DNA from: Chiloscyllium plagiosum
Lineage: Eukaryota
Direction of reading: 5' to 3'
NCBI RefSeq assembly: GCF_004010195.1
Contig: NC_057726.1
Location: 39,914,083 to 39,978,082 of the forward strand
Length of the DNA stretch: 64,000 nt
This document shows, piece after piece, positions 1-14,036 of this stretch; the first letter of the stretch is position 1; each line of letters opens with the position of its first letter. The translations under genes were made by a program, and so were the position numbers. The notes below the pieces were generated by a model, which was not told where the DNA came from, searched no databases, and worked only from the letters and a program-made list of their open reading frames with translations.

Positions 1-1765
1 ATCCTGAGGGCGGATCTCAGTTCCCTTTTAAATGGTCGTAGGAGGGCTTTCTCTACTTAGGCATATTTTTTACTCCCATTTTTGATCAGCTGTTTAAAGC
101 CAATTTTGCCAATTTATTCGACAGACTCAAGCAGGAACTTCAGAGGTGGGAGGCGCTTCCGATCTCTTGGTTAGGTCAGAAAGCACTCATTAAAATGAAT
201 ATTCTGCCCTGCCTGTTGAATCCTATGCAAATGCGTCCTCTGCTTTTTACTGAGCAAATATTTAGAAGACTGAGCAGCTGGTTTAGTTCTTTTATCGCAA
301 GCGGCCCCTAACTAAATTGACTAAATTGCAGTTACCTTACAGACTGGGAACAGTGGGCCTCCCAGGTAACAAAAACTAACAATTAAGCTCGTTGCTATCT
401 TACATTAATGATTGGGCTGGAGGGGACCTCACTCACTTTGGTTGGACACCGAAGCATCTCAGGCAAGATGCCTCCTTATTAGCCTGCTGTTCTTAGACAA
501 ATTGAGAACAGTTAAGGAATATTGCCACAGCCCAATAGTCATCAATACCGTCAAGGCGTGGAGGGCAATGCGACAGGGTGAGGGCAATATTGCTATAACA
601 TCATTTTTGACACCCAAAGTTGTTAGGCCAGGCTTTCAGCCAGGAATGATGGAATCTGGGTTTAAACTCTGCGTGTGTCTTGCCTGGTTGATTTATTCGA
701 GTGGGATATACTGATGTCCTTTGATCAGTTGGCTTGGAAATATGAATTGCTCAGTAGGGACCTCTTTCATTTCTTTCAAATTAGAAACTTCATGCAAAAA
801 GAGACCACACTTCTAACTGATCCTTATAGATCTGACCTGGAGAAGCGGGTGTTGAATGCTGAGGATACATTATCTGTTAGCAATGTTTATCATCGAACAA
901 GACTGAATGGTTCTATAAGGTATGGGAAGATATCTGGGAAAATGCAAGAAGGGTCTTGATTTGCAACAGGACCCAATGCCTTTGAAGATTCTCCACTGGA
1001 TCCATCTGGCTCCAGACCGCCTCGCTAAATTTAAAGCAGGAGCATCTCCAACGTGTCCTAAATGTAAAGTGAGCATGAGCACACTTACTCATTGTCTTGG
1101 TCCTGCCACAGACTGTGGGCATACTGGAGCGCTGTGGGAGGCGAAATGGAGAAGACCTTGGGGACAGATGGGGAGATGGACATGATATCTCTTGTTCTTG
1201 GCTTTGTTAATTCCCTTTCATTGGATACACACGAAAAAAAAAGGTTTTCAGTATCATCACTTCTTGTGGCAGGAAGAACATTCTATTTGGGTGGATGTCG
1301 GAAAATCCCCCAGGGCTGGCGGGCTGGTGTAAGCTAGTTATAGAGCACATCCCCTTGGACTTTCTTACGAGTATGGTGCACCACAAAACTGAGAATTTCT
1401 ACAAGTCATGGTGTCCCTGTTTGGACGACCTAGGTACAGATTTGTCTACCATATTAATAAGAGCCTTTATATAGCCATAGCAATTCTATGTAATGAATGT
1501 GGTATCCAGAGGGGAGGAGCTATGAACATATGAATATGTATAAACTTACGTACCCAATGATCGAGGGCAATTGCTTTGTTTTGCTGAGCTGTGCTAAGGT
1601 TATTATCATTATTATTATTGTTAAGACTTTTCTTTTTTAGCTTAGTTATTAGTTGATATTTATGTAATTAGCAGGTTTGGTTTTTAATATTAGTTTGAAT
1701 TGTTTGGCTTTGTATTTGTTGTAATATTCTTCCTTTTTTTAAATAAAAATATATTTTAAAGAAAA
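1..1765 (+). mobile_element. Degenerate L1-clade LINE: ORF2 C-terminus, 3' UTR and A-rich end
   Basis: Frameshifted peptides such as WEALPISWLGQKALIKMNILP and a CPKC...THC zinc knuckle; T-rich UTR with AATAAA near 1742. Confidence 0.8.
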
Positions 1766-2084
1766 GGCTGCCGGCCTTCCATCCCCTCTTTATGAATAAA
1801 GTTCAAATGCTATATATATTACTTCTCCCAAAACATTGTTCATAATTTAGACTGGAACTTTTAAATTCTTGTTATGTAGTTGAAATAGTGCCTTTCATTC
1901 CAGTCTTTCCTTGGTGACTGAAATATCTTTTCACTGAATAGGAAAATCTCAAATATATTGAAGTTGATTTTTTTTCTGAATTCTATTGAGTGTGTTATTT
2001 CAGAAGCAATTTTATGGTACTTCTGAAGATCAATTAGAATAATCAAAAGGTGAAAACTAGAAGAATAAATAAAAGTTTCCTCAC

Positions 2085-2271
2085 CTGAATAGCGTATGAC
2101 AAAGCAAGTCCCTTATTTGATGCAGGAATTGAATCAGGACTCAGGATAACAAAGAGAGCCACAGTCAAAGTCATGAGAGCTGTGAGTATATCAATTCTCA
2201 CAGCAAGCCATCGCATCGAACAGTTAAAGAGTAAAAAATGGCTAGAATTTTTATCACTTAAGTCTTTAAAT
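2085..2271 (-). CDS. ABCC12: ABCC12-like exon (187 nt) FKDLSDKNSSHFLLFNCSMRWLAVRID...KGLALSYAIQ
   Basis: Hand translation; CAG acceptor, GTGAG donor; RWLAVR and GLALSY motifs. Confidence 0.96.
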
Positions 2272-2392
2272 CTGTAAAATAATAAAGAACACTATTTTTG
2301 ACAACAATTTAAGATTGAAAACAGTATGATAACTGTAGAAAATTGATCATTGTGATAAGCATAATATCAAAGATATAAAGAGCTTCACTTAC

Positions 2393-2530
2393 CGTTCAAT
2401 AAAATCATCTGTTTTATTGTAGGCATGAATTGTGCTTATTCCTTGAATACTTGCGGTAATATGAGAGAACCAAGGGGATCTGCTAACATTTTCTATTCTC
2501 TTCAGTTCTCTGATGCCTTTTTGAAAAAGT
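2393..2530 (-). CDS. ABCC12: ABCC12-like exon (138 nt) [46 protein letters not shown]
   Basis: Hand translation; CAG acceptor, GTAAG donor; phase 2 to 2. Confidence 0.96.
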
Positions 2531-3289
2531 CTGCATAGAAAAAGCATTTAGGGTTTTTTTTGGATTCTCTACCTGACTTTAAATAATTTTCCCTTCCTTC
2601 ATTAATTCCCACAATAAGGGCCAAAAGGATGGATTGATCTGTTCTGAGGCTTCTGTCAATGGAAACAGATGCTAAAAATTGGTAGGAACAATTCTAGTGA
2701 TGAAAACTTCAGAGTATGGTTTCAAAGATTACAATGATAGATGTTTAAAAAGGTGAAGAGCTTACCCTGATGGACATTGACTCTCCAGTGAATGAATGCA
2801 TCTAATATCATACCACATACTTATTCACAAGCAATCAGGATTAAGAATATTCTTCTCTCCTCAGAACCAAGTGTAGTGAATCAGCCAATAACATAACTAA
2901 AGATTAAAAACACTTTGCCTTTAATCAATATGCATTGTCATGTATGCAGGTACTGAAGTAATGTTACCTCTTCAATCATTGTGATATTATTTTGTTCAAT
3001 ACGCTGCACATAGAACTTAAAACTGTGCAAACCCAAATTAACATAAAGTTGTTCAATTTGTTCATAGTTTGACTGGCATACAATGACACAGACTCTAATA
3101 CCCATCCTAAATTTCTAAAAGTAAATATCATTTATTTGATTCAGCATGTTCATTCTCAGGATTTCTCAGAACTGTGGAGTGAGCTCAAGCCTGGCACAAC
3201 TTGAACAAGTTGTTTACTAAATTCTCCCATCTAGCGTTTTGCAATTAGATTTTAAAAACTTCAAAAGTACGAGTGATGATGATAGCTCA

Positions 3290-4040
3290 TGGACAAAGGA
3301 TGATGAAATGGGTGGAAGAATGGGAAACAAAGCTCAGTGCAGGGAAATACGAAGTGATGCACTTTGGTCGCACTTCAATGAAAAGAGACTATACTGTAAG
3401 TGTCACAATTCTAAAAGATTGGAAAAGTATAGAGACTTTGGTACCCATGTATACAAAATTTATATGTTACAAGGCAAGTTGATAAAGTTGCTATAAAAGC
3501 CATGTGGGTTACTGGAGTTACAAATGTATCAGTGGAATGTAAAAGCAAAGAGACCATGCTGCATCTTTACAAATTTACAGGTAAGGCCTCTGTTGGAGTA
3601 TTGTGGATTCAGGAAAGTCATAAATGCTTTTAAAAAAGTAGCAAAGGAGATTTACTAGGATGTTATTACAGTTCCCCATTAAAGTTTAAAAAGTTGGGAT
3701 GGTTGTCATTGGATAGATAATGCTAAAAGATAGCATAATAAAGGTTTCAAAGTGTTGAGAAGTTTAGATAAAGTTGGTAAAGAAAATATTCCCTCCTGAG
3801 TAGATCAATAACTAGAAATCACAGATTAAAATATATTGGTTAAAGGTAGAAAGGAGAAATGTTATCACCGAGTAGTTGGTATCTGAAATATTATACCTGA
3901 AAGGATAGTGTCAGTGATTCCATAAATCATTTTAATAGTGAAGTTGAGTCATGTGCAGGATAATGAACAAAAAAAAAGGGATGTGGTCTTTCAAAGACCC
4001 AGCATTCTAAAATAGCTTCTGTGTTGTCAGTTTCTATGAT
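3290..4040 (+). mobile_element. Old, highly diverged CR1-like LINE 3' part
   Basis: Remnants EVMHFGR, LEYC and TRNHRLK; ttctatgatt tail. Confidence 0.65.
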
Positions 4041-5186
4041 TTCATCTTCAGCTTACTTTGAAATCAAGTCAAAAATCATATTTTCAGTTTTCATACCTTT
4101 CGTGTCTTATGTGTGTACTTTCAAAAAAATGAAAAACACTTTTTACAAAGACTTACAATTTGGGAGATAATTAAAGAATTCCACACTCAACTGTTTGTTG
4201 TAAACTATCAGCTATGCATCCGATCATATTATCCAGTGACATGGTTATTTTCTTTTGTGAACTCCTTAAAAACACACTCAAAAATGTGAAGTTCCACCTT
4301 ACCAATTAGAGTTTAAAAGTTAATACCATTACAAAATAGCCTCATATTGCAGCTTCTTGGATGCCAGCACTGCTGAGTTTAGCAAATTGATTTGCTTTAA
4401 ATGCATTAAATGACACAAACAGCATTTGAAGAAATTTGATGTAAATACATTAGTCAGTAGACTATAAATATCCCACAAAGGAATTTCATTGTTTTCATGT
4501 CTGTAAGTCCTAGTGTTAAAAGTTAAGGTGAAGGCGTGGATTTTTTAGAATTACAGAAATGGTAAGTTGAGGGGCCAAGTACATAGTGATGAAGTAATAT
4601 TCTATTAACAGCTAAATCACTAATAATCCTAACATTGTTGATTTGGCTGTACATTACCTTTTTCCTTTAATTTAGATAGTAATTAGAGCCTTTATGTCAA
4701 AAGGCTTCTCAACCTGAAACTCTTCCTCTTAAATTAAATTGTTCCAATTTTAGATTTAATTAAAAGACTTATCTCTAAAATACAATAGATACTTCCTTGA
4801 AACCCTATAGGGGGTGCAGTGGGGCGATGGAGTTAAGTGTTGACACTGATTAGGTGAGTAGATATTTGATGAATGACTAACACACATTTGGCCTGTTTCA
4901 TATTATTTGCTGAGAGGTACACTTTGGGCCTTGTTATGTGCAGAATATCATCGAATCATTTTTTTGCATTGCTGTCATTTAAATTGTCAAACTTTATTTA
5001 AATCCATACAGAATACCCAGTAGTGTCACTAAGATGGAAATATGTCAAGGTTATTGAGAGCTTATTTTCAATGTGACTTGGAATTAAGTAGTCTATCATT
5101 TTAATAAATAACTATCGCTCAACATAGGATGTTATGTGTATCGAGGGTTATTTTCCTAATCTTACTTTTCACATGCTTTTTATATT

Positions 5187-6731
5187 TAGAGTCATAGAGT
5201 CATAGAGTCATAGAGATGTACAGCATGGAAACAGACCCTTTGGTCCAACCCGTCCATGCCGACCAGATATCCCAACCCAATCTAGTACCACCTGCCAGCA
5301 CCCGGCCCATATCCCTCCAAACCCTTCCTATTCATATACCCATCAAATGCCTCTTAAATGTTGCAATTGCACCAGCCGCCACCACATCCTCTGGCAGCTC
5401 ATTCCATACAAGTACCACACTCTGTGTGAAAACGTTGCCCTTTAGGTCTCTTATATATCTTTCTCCTCTCACCCTAAACCTATGCCTCTAGTTCTGGACT
5501 CCCCGACCCAGGGAAAAGACTTTCTCTATTTATCCTATCCATGCCCCTCATAATTTTGTAAACCTCTATAAGGTCACCCCTCAGGCTCCAACGCTTCAGG
5601 GAAAACAGACCCAGCCTGTTCAGCCTCTCCCTGTAGCTCANNNNNNNNNNNNNNNNNNNNNNNNNNNNNNNNNNNNNNNNNNNNNNNNNNNNNNNNNNNN
5701 NNNNNNNNNNNNNNNNNNNNNNNNNNNNNNNNNNNNNNNNNNNNNNNNNNNNNNNNNNNNNNNNNNNNNNNNNNNNNNNNNNNNNNNNNNNNNNNNNNNN
5801 NNNNNNNNNNNNNNNNNNNNNNNNNNNNNNNNNNNNNNNNNNNNNNNNNNNNNNNNNNNNNNNNNNNNNNNNNNNNNNNNNNNNNNNNNNNNNNNNNNNN
5901 NNNNNNNNNNNNNNNNNNNNNNNNNNNNNNNNNNNNNNNNNNNNNNNNNNNNNNNNNNNNNNNNNNNNNNNNNNNNNNNNNNNNNNNNNNNNNNNNNNNN
6001 NNNNNNNNNNNNNNNNNNNNNNNNNNNNNNNNNNNNNNNNNNNNNNNNNNNNNNNNNNNNNNNNNNNNNNNNNNNNNNNNNNNNNNNNNNNNNNNNNNNN
6101 NNNNNNNGCTCTGCCCCCATCAATCTTCTTTGTTACTCCTTCAAAAAAACTCAATCAAGTCTGTGAGACATGCTTTCCCACGCACAAAGCCATGTTGACT
6201 ATCCCGAATCAGTCCTTGCCTTTCCAAATACATGTACATCCTGTCCCTCAGGATTCCCTCCAACAACTTGCCCACCACCGAGGTCAGGCTCACCGGTCTA
6301 TAGTTCCCTGGCTTGTCTTTACCACCCTTCTTAAACAGTGGCACCACATTTGCCAACCTCCAGTCCTCCGGCACCTCACCTGTGACTATCGATGATATAA
6401 ATATCTCAGCAAGAGGCTCAGCAATCACTTCTCTAGCTTTCCACAGCGTTTTCGGGTACACCTGATCTGGTCCTGGGGATTTATCTACCTTTAACCGTTT
6501 CAAGACATCCAGCACTTCCTCCTCTGTAATCTGGACACTTTGCAATATGTCACCATCTATTTCCCTACAGTCTATATCTTCCACGTCCGTTTCCACAGTA
6601 AATACTGATGCAAAATATTCATTTAGTATCTCCCCCATTTTCTGCGCCTCCACACAAAGGCCGCCTTGCTGATCTTTGAGGGGCCCTATTCTCTCCCTAG
6701 TTACCCTTTTGTCCTTAATATATTTGTAAAA
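5187..6731 (-). mobile_element. Young CR1 LINE (HER1-like), 5' truncated, interrupted by an assembly gap
   Basis: ORF 6141..6653 with PGNYRPVSLTSVVGKLLE; (agagtcat)n tail at 5187-5215. Confidence 0.93.
5641..6107. other. Assembly gap (467 N)
   Basis: Run of N. Confidence 1.
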
Positions 6732-7169
6732 GTTTTGTAAAATTTTGCTTTTCCAGGATTACATGTCTGAATAAGGAGACAGTGCTTCATTTACTGCCTT
6801 GTCTATTGTACTGGATAGCATCTCCTAAAGGCTTGTGTTGATGCAATTTAGTGGGATTGATGTGGTATTGCCTTTCGAAATATTTGTACAACTACTTCCA
6901 TTCCCTTTCAACTGGATAATCATTCAGCTTGTCAAGGAATTGTGTGAGAGAACTGAAGAGTTTCTATCTGTCTATCCAAGCCCCAACATTCAGAATCTCG
7001 GACAAGTCAAACTGCTATATGTTTCTATTAGCTCAGATCAGATTGATGATATAACGACTGGATAATTTGGTTTTAGTACTGCTGACCAAGACACCATGTG
7101 GACTCCAATGTGGTTTGTATGAAACATGTCATGGAATTTTCTGTGTCCTCCTCAATGGGAGGACTAAAT

Positions 7170-7320
7170 ATTTAGTTTAAATGCTTCATCTGAAAGAACA
7201 CACTGTTGACAATGCAGTACCCCCTGAATATTACATTATAATGCCAACCTCGATCACATACTCAAGCCTTTGGAGTTCTTACGACTCAGTTGTGAACATA
7301 TTACTACCAAGCCAAGGGTA
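7170..7320 (-). mobile_element. Diverged DeuSINE (SacSINE1/AmnSINE-like) fragment
   Basis: gtttaaatgcttcatctgaaaga...gacaatgcagtacccc...ctcaag...gactcag resembles the recalled Deu-SINE consensus. Confidence 0.5.
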
Positions 7321-8007
7321 ACACCTTGTTGCATAATCTTCATAATGAACTTATATGAGAAAAAAACATCATATGCAGTTTTCTCTGATAAAAATGTGTG
7401 CAATTAAATTCTGTTTCTCCAGAACTTCGGTGAGACCAAAAAATTAAGAATTAAATGGAGCTACTCAAATATATTCAGCAGACAATGATATAAAAGGTGA
7501 TACAATAGTGATAGAAAAACCCAGAAATATGCAACAAACAAGACTGCTTATTTCTGAAAGGAGAAAAGATGAATCAATATTTTAAATCTCAGGTACTTAG
7601 TAGAGTAGATTTTCCAAGCTAGAACTTAAAATATTCCTCTTTGCTCTCATCTGTGCAATCCCACAATTTGCACCTTTTATTTTCATCTCTGCTGTATTTA
7701 ATCATATGTTGCGATACTTACATCTCCCCAAAGAGATCATGAATTTCAAATTTACCCTCTACAACTTTTTGAAAAAGTTGTTCTCAATGGGGTATACTTT
7801 ATGATTTTGTGATCTTAGTATACAGCTTCCCACAGTGATTGTATATTGGGAGTTCTAACATGGAACTGAATTCAATCCTCAATACGTTAGTAAAAACACC
7901 AAATCTTAAGGAATTGAATTTATGCCAAGGTTGCAAATCAATATCCCAATGCTTTTAATGCTCCATTATTGAATACATTGAAACTATTTAACAAACATAG
8001 AACTTAC

Positions 8008-8234
8008 TTGAAAATGATAACAAAAACTATAGCCATGATAACAACTGCGATGAGAAGGTATGGAAACACTGCTGCCAAGGTTGCTATCGTGAACAACACG
8101 ATCAACACCTGTTGTAGAAAATTCTCGGCTTGAAATGGTAGCCTCACATCAATTTCATCCATGTCCTTGGAAAAACGGTTAATGATCCTTCCAAGTGGGG
8201 TGGTGTCAAAGAATTTCATTGGACTATGCAAAAT
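8008..8234 (-). CDS. ABCC12: ABCC12-like exon (227 nt) [33 protein letters not shown]...
   Basis: ORF 8004..8231; FFDTTPxGRIxNRFSKD motif; AAG acceptor, GTAAG donor. Confidence 0.97.
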
Positions 8235-10058
8235 CTTGTTTTTAAAAAAGAAAATAAATGAAATACAATTCCCAAATTAAGTGGTTATTACCAAAGTGAA
8301 TATAAAGTGAAGCTTATACTACTACTTTTCAATAAGTCTTACAAGATTATCATCTGCATTGTAAGTCCCACTTCTGTTCAAAAATTTAGCTCTATATCCT
8401 CGGGGAAACCAATTGGAAGCACATTTTATAAAGAACAGAATTTTATATCAGGGTGCACAAGCCCCTCACACCTGGGGGCAAAATTTTATAGTCCTCTGTC
8501 AGTGGGTTGCAAAGTTTCCATAAAATTCCCCTGACATCCTTCTCATTGTCCTTCCTGACCAGTTTGTAATTTTATGATGAGACAGGTAAGACTTGAGTCA
8601 ATCCATCCACTCTTCCTCCATTTTGCAATCTTAAATTGGCAACTGATCCTGTGTGCTTCCCCCCGCAACCCCCGCCTCAATTTTAGAGTGGGGAATGTCT
8701 GTCAGGCATCTTTATACAGGTCTCAGGTTGATGGGTGCATCTGTATGGCTGGCAACCTTTCCATATTGGGCAACCTCACCAAGGTCTGCACCACATGATA
8801 GCGCCCTTCTCCACTCTTAGTCCCCCTGTGCAATTCAGCCTCACCATTAACTCTCTCATCTCTGTCTCCCCAGCATCCCATGTCTTATCTCTCCTTGAGA
8901 CCACATGTACCTAGATCTTTTCGGGAATTTGTAACTTGACAAAATGGAACAACTGCTAAAGTGGGAGGCAGGGAGCACCCATGTCCCAAGTGTTGCTAAT
9001 ACACTAAAATAAAACTATCCTGTGGCAGGGTGAATGATCTCCCTAACTAGCACAGCAGTATCACAAGTTACATAATCTGTCAAATATTATGATATTATAA
9101 CCAAATACACAGATTTTACTAATTACTAGTAGAAACACTTGGGCAAAAATATACAAATAACTGATAAATCACAAAATACAATTTGCGTATTTATTCAAGC
9201 AATAATCTCCAAGAGATTGGATATGTATTTACTTATTTTGGGTACAATGGATAATGCTGAAAACAGATGATTGCATTTAACATCTATCAGGTTTCAAGTT
9301 GTGCTAGACATTGCACCAGTAAAATGAAGAAATTGAATTTACTGAAGAATGTATATCTTTTGGAAATTCTTTCAGAGACAATGGCATGTAGTATTTTCTA
9401 ACTCTGCCTCCTTGTTCAGAACAGATGAACAAAGCAAAAAGGTCTTAAAAATGCTGTCACACTGATATATCTCAGGCTAAAAGCACCAGAGCATTGATTT
9501 TCTCTTCTTTCTGTCTGTCACTGTAGAGACCTAACATATAGTAGATTTGTTTATCGAGAACAGTGGCTTTTAACATCTGAGCACCAGCCTCAGCACATCT
9601 ATCCAAAAACTCAAGTGACAAGGCATACCTACAAATTTGCGGTTGTGTTTCTGCTGTGCTATAAATAGAGTGTAACTTGAACCTTTCCTGCAGAAGGAAG
9701 AGAAATGAAGTTGCCTCTATGAATAAATTTATAGCTTCATTTGTTTTGTTCAGGTGAAGATCAGGAGTGACTGAGCTGGCTCTGAAACCAATTTTTAGCA
9801 AAGAAATTGCTGACAAGTCACTTTTCCCTATTACATCCTGCCATTATTAACATTTAGTATACCTTGGATGGCATGTACTTAATATTTTTGGAAGAAGTGA
9901 GAATCTCGGCATATGACAGGAAGAAATATTATAATGGAGAGAGCTAATTGTGGAAAAGGAAATGTGAATAGAAATCTCAGGTTTCTTTGATGGTTTTCAA
10001 ACAAAAAGCCGAAGTGTTTGAGTGGGCTTCTCTGCAGCAATTGACTCTCCACCCACAT

Positions 10059-10188
10059 GGAGACAGTGAGGTCGGCAGATGCTGGAGATCAGAGTTGAGA
10101 GTGTGTTGCTGGAAAAACACAGCAAGTCAGGCAGCATCAGATGAGCAGGAAAATCAACATTTCAGGCCGGAGCCCTTCATCAGGAATG
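10059..10188 (-). mobile_element. Penelope-like element family A terminal unit (~130 bp) with a hammerhead motif at its 5' end
   Basis: Reverse-complement homolog of 52565-52695; begins cattcctgatgaagggc on the minus strand. Confidence 0.8.
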
Positions 10189-10513
10189 AGCCTATTATAG
10201 ATGATGGGAGGTCAGCCAGGACAGCATTACAAACAGATGTGAACAGGAAGAATGGCTCCACTCTTTTGCCACTCTTCATTTCACTGCAACAAGTGTTTTT
10301 GTTTAAATAGGTTATGTTTGCCAAATCATTCAGTATCCAACAATTGGCATGCTGTACCTTCACACAGATAGGATTTCTTTAGATTTAAAAAGGAAAAAGA
10401 ATGATACTTGCTATATTTAGCCCATTCTAAACAAAATATTTTAAATGCCCTGACCTCCATACACATAGGCACTCCAAGTTTACCGTGTATGCACAAATAA
10501 CTTATAAATAGGA

Positions 10514-10718
10514 GTTAAAAATCACGCAACACCAGGTTATGGTCCAACAGGTTTATTTGGAAGCACTAGCTTTTGGAGTGCTGCTCCTTCAACAGGTAGC
10601 TGTGAAGGAGCAGTTCTCTGAAAGCTAGTGCTTCCAAATAAATCTGTTTTACTATAACCTGATGTTGTATGATTTCTTAACATTGTCCACCCCAATCCAA
10701 CACTGGCACCTCCACCAT
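10514..10718. mobile_element. Penelope-like family B short fold-back (inverted repeat) insertion
   Basis: 10514-10591 is inverted relative to ~10603-10681, followed by a single tail; homologous to the ends of 20318-21780. Confidence 0.8.
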
Positions 10719-12419
10719 ACATTTGGAAAAGAGAATTTTAAGCAGAATTTTTTGAGTCCATTAAGAGTTGAAAGTATAGAGATCTTGTAAATTGATAATG
10801 AATGGTTTCAAGCTGGGTTTGTGGTCCCTCTGGATTCAGCATTGAGATAATTCAAGGATGTTGATGGATGATTTATGTCAGTGTTATGGCATTAGTAGTT
10901 TCTGTGTTGATTCTTAAAGCTCTACCTGTGGCATGTGAATGGTTGAACAGCAGACAGGTCTCAACCTTTCAAGCTGGATAGACAGAGAGTGAATGAGAAT
11001 GGCTCACTCTGAGGCCCTGCTCCTTTCGAACCATTTTTTTAAAATTCATGTTCTTTGGTCTGGAGGCCAGTAATTTCTTAAACACAGAAGACGGTTAGTT
11101 GGTTTGTCTCATAATCACCTCTGTGCAATGATCTAAATGTGTCATCTCTAGTGAATTCCGGGTCAATGCTTTGCATCATTAGATTATGGCTGAATTAATT
11201 ATTTTCTCAGTCAGAGTTTGTTGTCTGAGATGATTACATCTAATGTTTCTTCCTCATCTAGTTGAGTACCCAGGTGATGTCTGGATGCTTTACGTATCAG
11301 AAGATGGCTCTTCAGACTCCATAAGTGTGATTGATTCTGATGGGGCTGACTGCAGTTTAATGGCTTTGGAATTTCTGAGGTAAAGTCATGTAAATTTACA
11401 ACATCTTAAAAGCTGCTACATCAAGTTACGGCAAGATTATTTCAGCCTTTAAAACAGAGGTTTTCAGCCCAATAATTAAATAAAATATTTTTTATGTGAA
11501 GTATGATTTTATAACAATTGTAATAATCAAGTTAGGAGTAACACCAAATTACAAAGACTGCAAAAATGTTGCCCTATATCAAAACAATAATATCATACAA
11601 GTCTTATAGCTGTCCATCATATTGTAATTATACACTAGAACAAAATTCATGATGTAAAATTTTACATCAATGTGACCATTGATTGAATCCTTTTGCTTGT
11701 CTCTGTGTTGCCTTGGTTTGACATGAACTGCACTGAACTACAATACTTGTAAAAGGCATCCTCCTATAACAATGGTAAGTAGCATCTAGTTATAGAGTCA
11801 CAAATCAAACCTGACTTCCAAGGTTCCAATGAGGACTTTTGCATTCAGACCATCAGTCATGCATGTGAGTAAAAAGATCTTGTACACTAAAACAGATTAT
11901 AGGAATTGTACACTTCCACAATTATCTAAACATTTCAATACAACTATATCTTTGTTAAGAAACTGCCTGCTACATTCAAGAATCCACAATTGTGCAAGGT
12001 CTTGATAAGTGCATATCTTATAATATTAATGTAAGTGTTGGCAAACAACTAAGCAGTAACTGACAAGTAATTAATCTGCCAGACTTAGTAGGCATGGGAG
12101 TTTATGCAATCAGGTATCAGAAATTGTTCTAAGGAAAAAAGAGCAGTTTTGTTAAGACAGAACATGCCCATAATTAAAATACTGGTATATTAAAGACAAT
12201 AACATAAGGAATTTGCTCAGGGGTATATTTTCAGATGCAGCAACTTTGGCAGAAAATCAATGGAAATCTCATTTAAGTAGTATATTCAGGTGAGCAGTGA
12301 GGAGCTCTGAAACAATTCCAAGCCTATTTTGCAACGTTTCTACAGTTGGCTTTACTCTTCAGACAGGAAACTGAAGAACAGAAGTGCAACTTTCAAGTGA
12401 AGTGTGGTATTCTGACAGA

Positions 12420-14036
12420 GGTGACATCTTGAAAAATGTCCATATTACAGAGGAGGAAATGCTGGATATCTTGAAATGCATAAAAGTGGATAAATCCCCA
12501 GGACCTGATCAAGTATACCCTACAACTCTGTGGTAAGCTAGGGAAATGATTGCTGGGCCTCTTGCTGAGATATTTGTGTCATCGATATTCACAGGTGAGA
12601 TGCCGGAAGACTGGAGGTTGGCTAATACGGTGCCAGTATTTAAGAAAGTTGGTAAGGACAAGCCACGGAACTACAGACCGGTGAGCCTGACGTCAGTGGT
12701 GGGCAAGTTGTTGGAGGGAATCCTGAAGGACATGTATTTGGAAAGGCAAGGACTGATTAGGGATAGTCAACATGGCTTTGTAAATGAGAAATCATGTCTC
12801 ACAAACTTGATTGAGTTTTTTGAAGAAGTAACAAAGAGGATTGATGAGGGCAGAGCGGTAGATGTGATATACATGGACTTCAGTAAGGCATTCGACAAGG
12901 TTTCCTATGGGAGATTGGTTAGCAAGGTTAGATCTCATTGAATACAGAGAGAACTAGCCATTTGGATACAGAACTGGCTCAAAAGTAGAAGACAGAGGGT
13001 GGTGGTGGAGAGTTGTTTTTCAGACTGGAGGCCTGTGACCAGTGGTATGCCACATGGATCAGTGATGGGTCCACTACATTTCATCATTTATATAAATGAT
13101 TTGGATGGGAGCATAAGAGGTACAGTTAGTAAGTTTGCAGATGATACCAAAATTGGAGGTGTAGTGGACAGTGAAGAAGATTACCTTGGATTACAATGGG
13201 ATCTTGGTCAGTTGGGCCAATGGGCTGAGGAGTGCAGATAGAGTTCAATTAGATAAATGCGAGGTGCTGCATTTTGGGAAAGTAAGTCTTAGCAGGACTT
13301 ATACACTTAATGGTAAGGTCCTAGGGAGTATTGCTGAACAAAGAGACCTTGCAGTGCAGGTTCATAGCTCTTTGAGTCGCAGATAGATAGGATAGTGAAG
13401 AAGGCATTTGGTATGCTTTCCTTTATTGGTCAGAGTATTGAGCACAGGAGTTGGGAGGACATGTTGCAGCTGTATAGGACATTGGTTAGGCCACTTGTGT
13501 GTGCAATTCTGGTCTCCTTCCTATCGGAAGGATGTTGTGAAACTTGAAAGGGTTCAGAAAAGATTTACAAGGATGTTGCCATGGTTGAAGGATTTGAGCT
13601 GTAGGGAGAGGTTGAATAGGCTAGGGATGTTTACCCTGGATCGTTGGATGCTGAGGGGTGACCTCATAGAGGCTTATAAAATCATGAGGGGCATGGATAG
13701 GGTAAATAGACAAGGTCTTATCCCTGGGGTGGGGGAGTCCAGAACTAGAGGGCATAGGTTTAGGGTGAGAGGGGAAGGATATAAAAGAGACCTAAGGGGC
13801 AACGTTTTCACACAGAGGGTGGTACAGGTATGGAATGAGCTGCCAGAGGAAGTGGTGGAGGTTGGTACAATTGCAACATTTAAAAAGCATCTGGATGGGT
13901 ATATGAATAGGAAGTGTTTGGTGGGATATGGGCCGGGTGCTGGCAGGTGGGACTAGATTGCATTGGGATATCTGGTCAGCATGGACAATTTGGACCAAAG
14001 GATCTGTTTCCATGCTGTACATCTCTATGACTCTAT
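12420..14036 (+). mobile_element. Young CR1 LINE, RT region to 3' tail, frameshifted
   Basis: ORFs 12546..13956 with YMDFSKAFDKV and SKFADDTK; ctctatga tail. Confidence 0.95.

Noticed and set aside
5480..6154. Long ORFs 5480..6154 and 5638..6123
   Set aside because: Artefacts of the 467-N gap inside a CR1.
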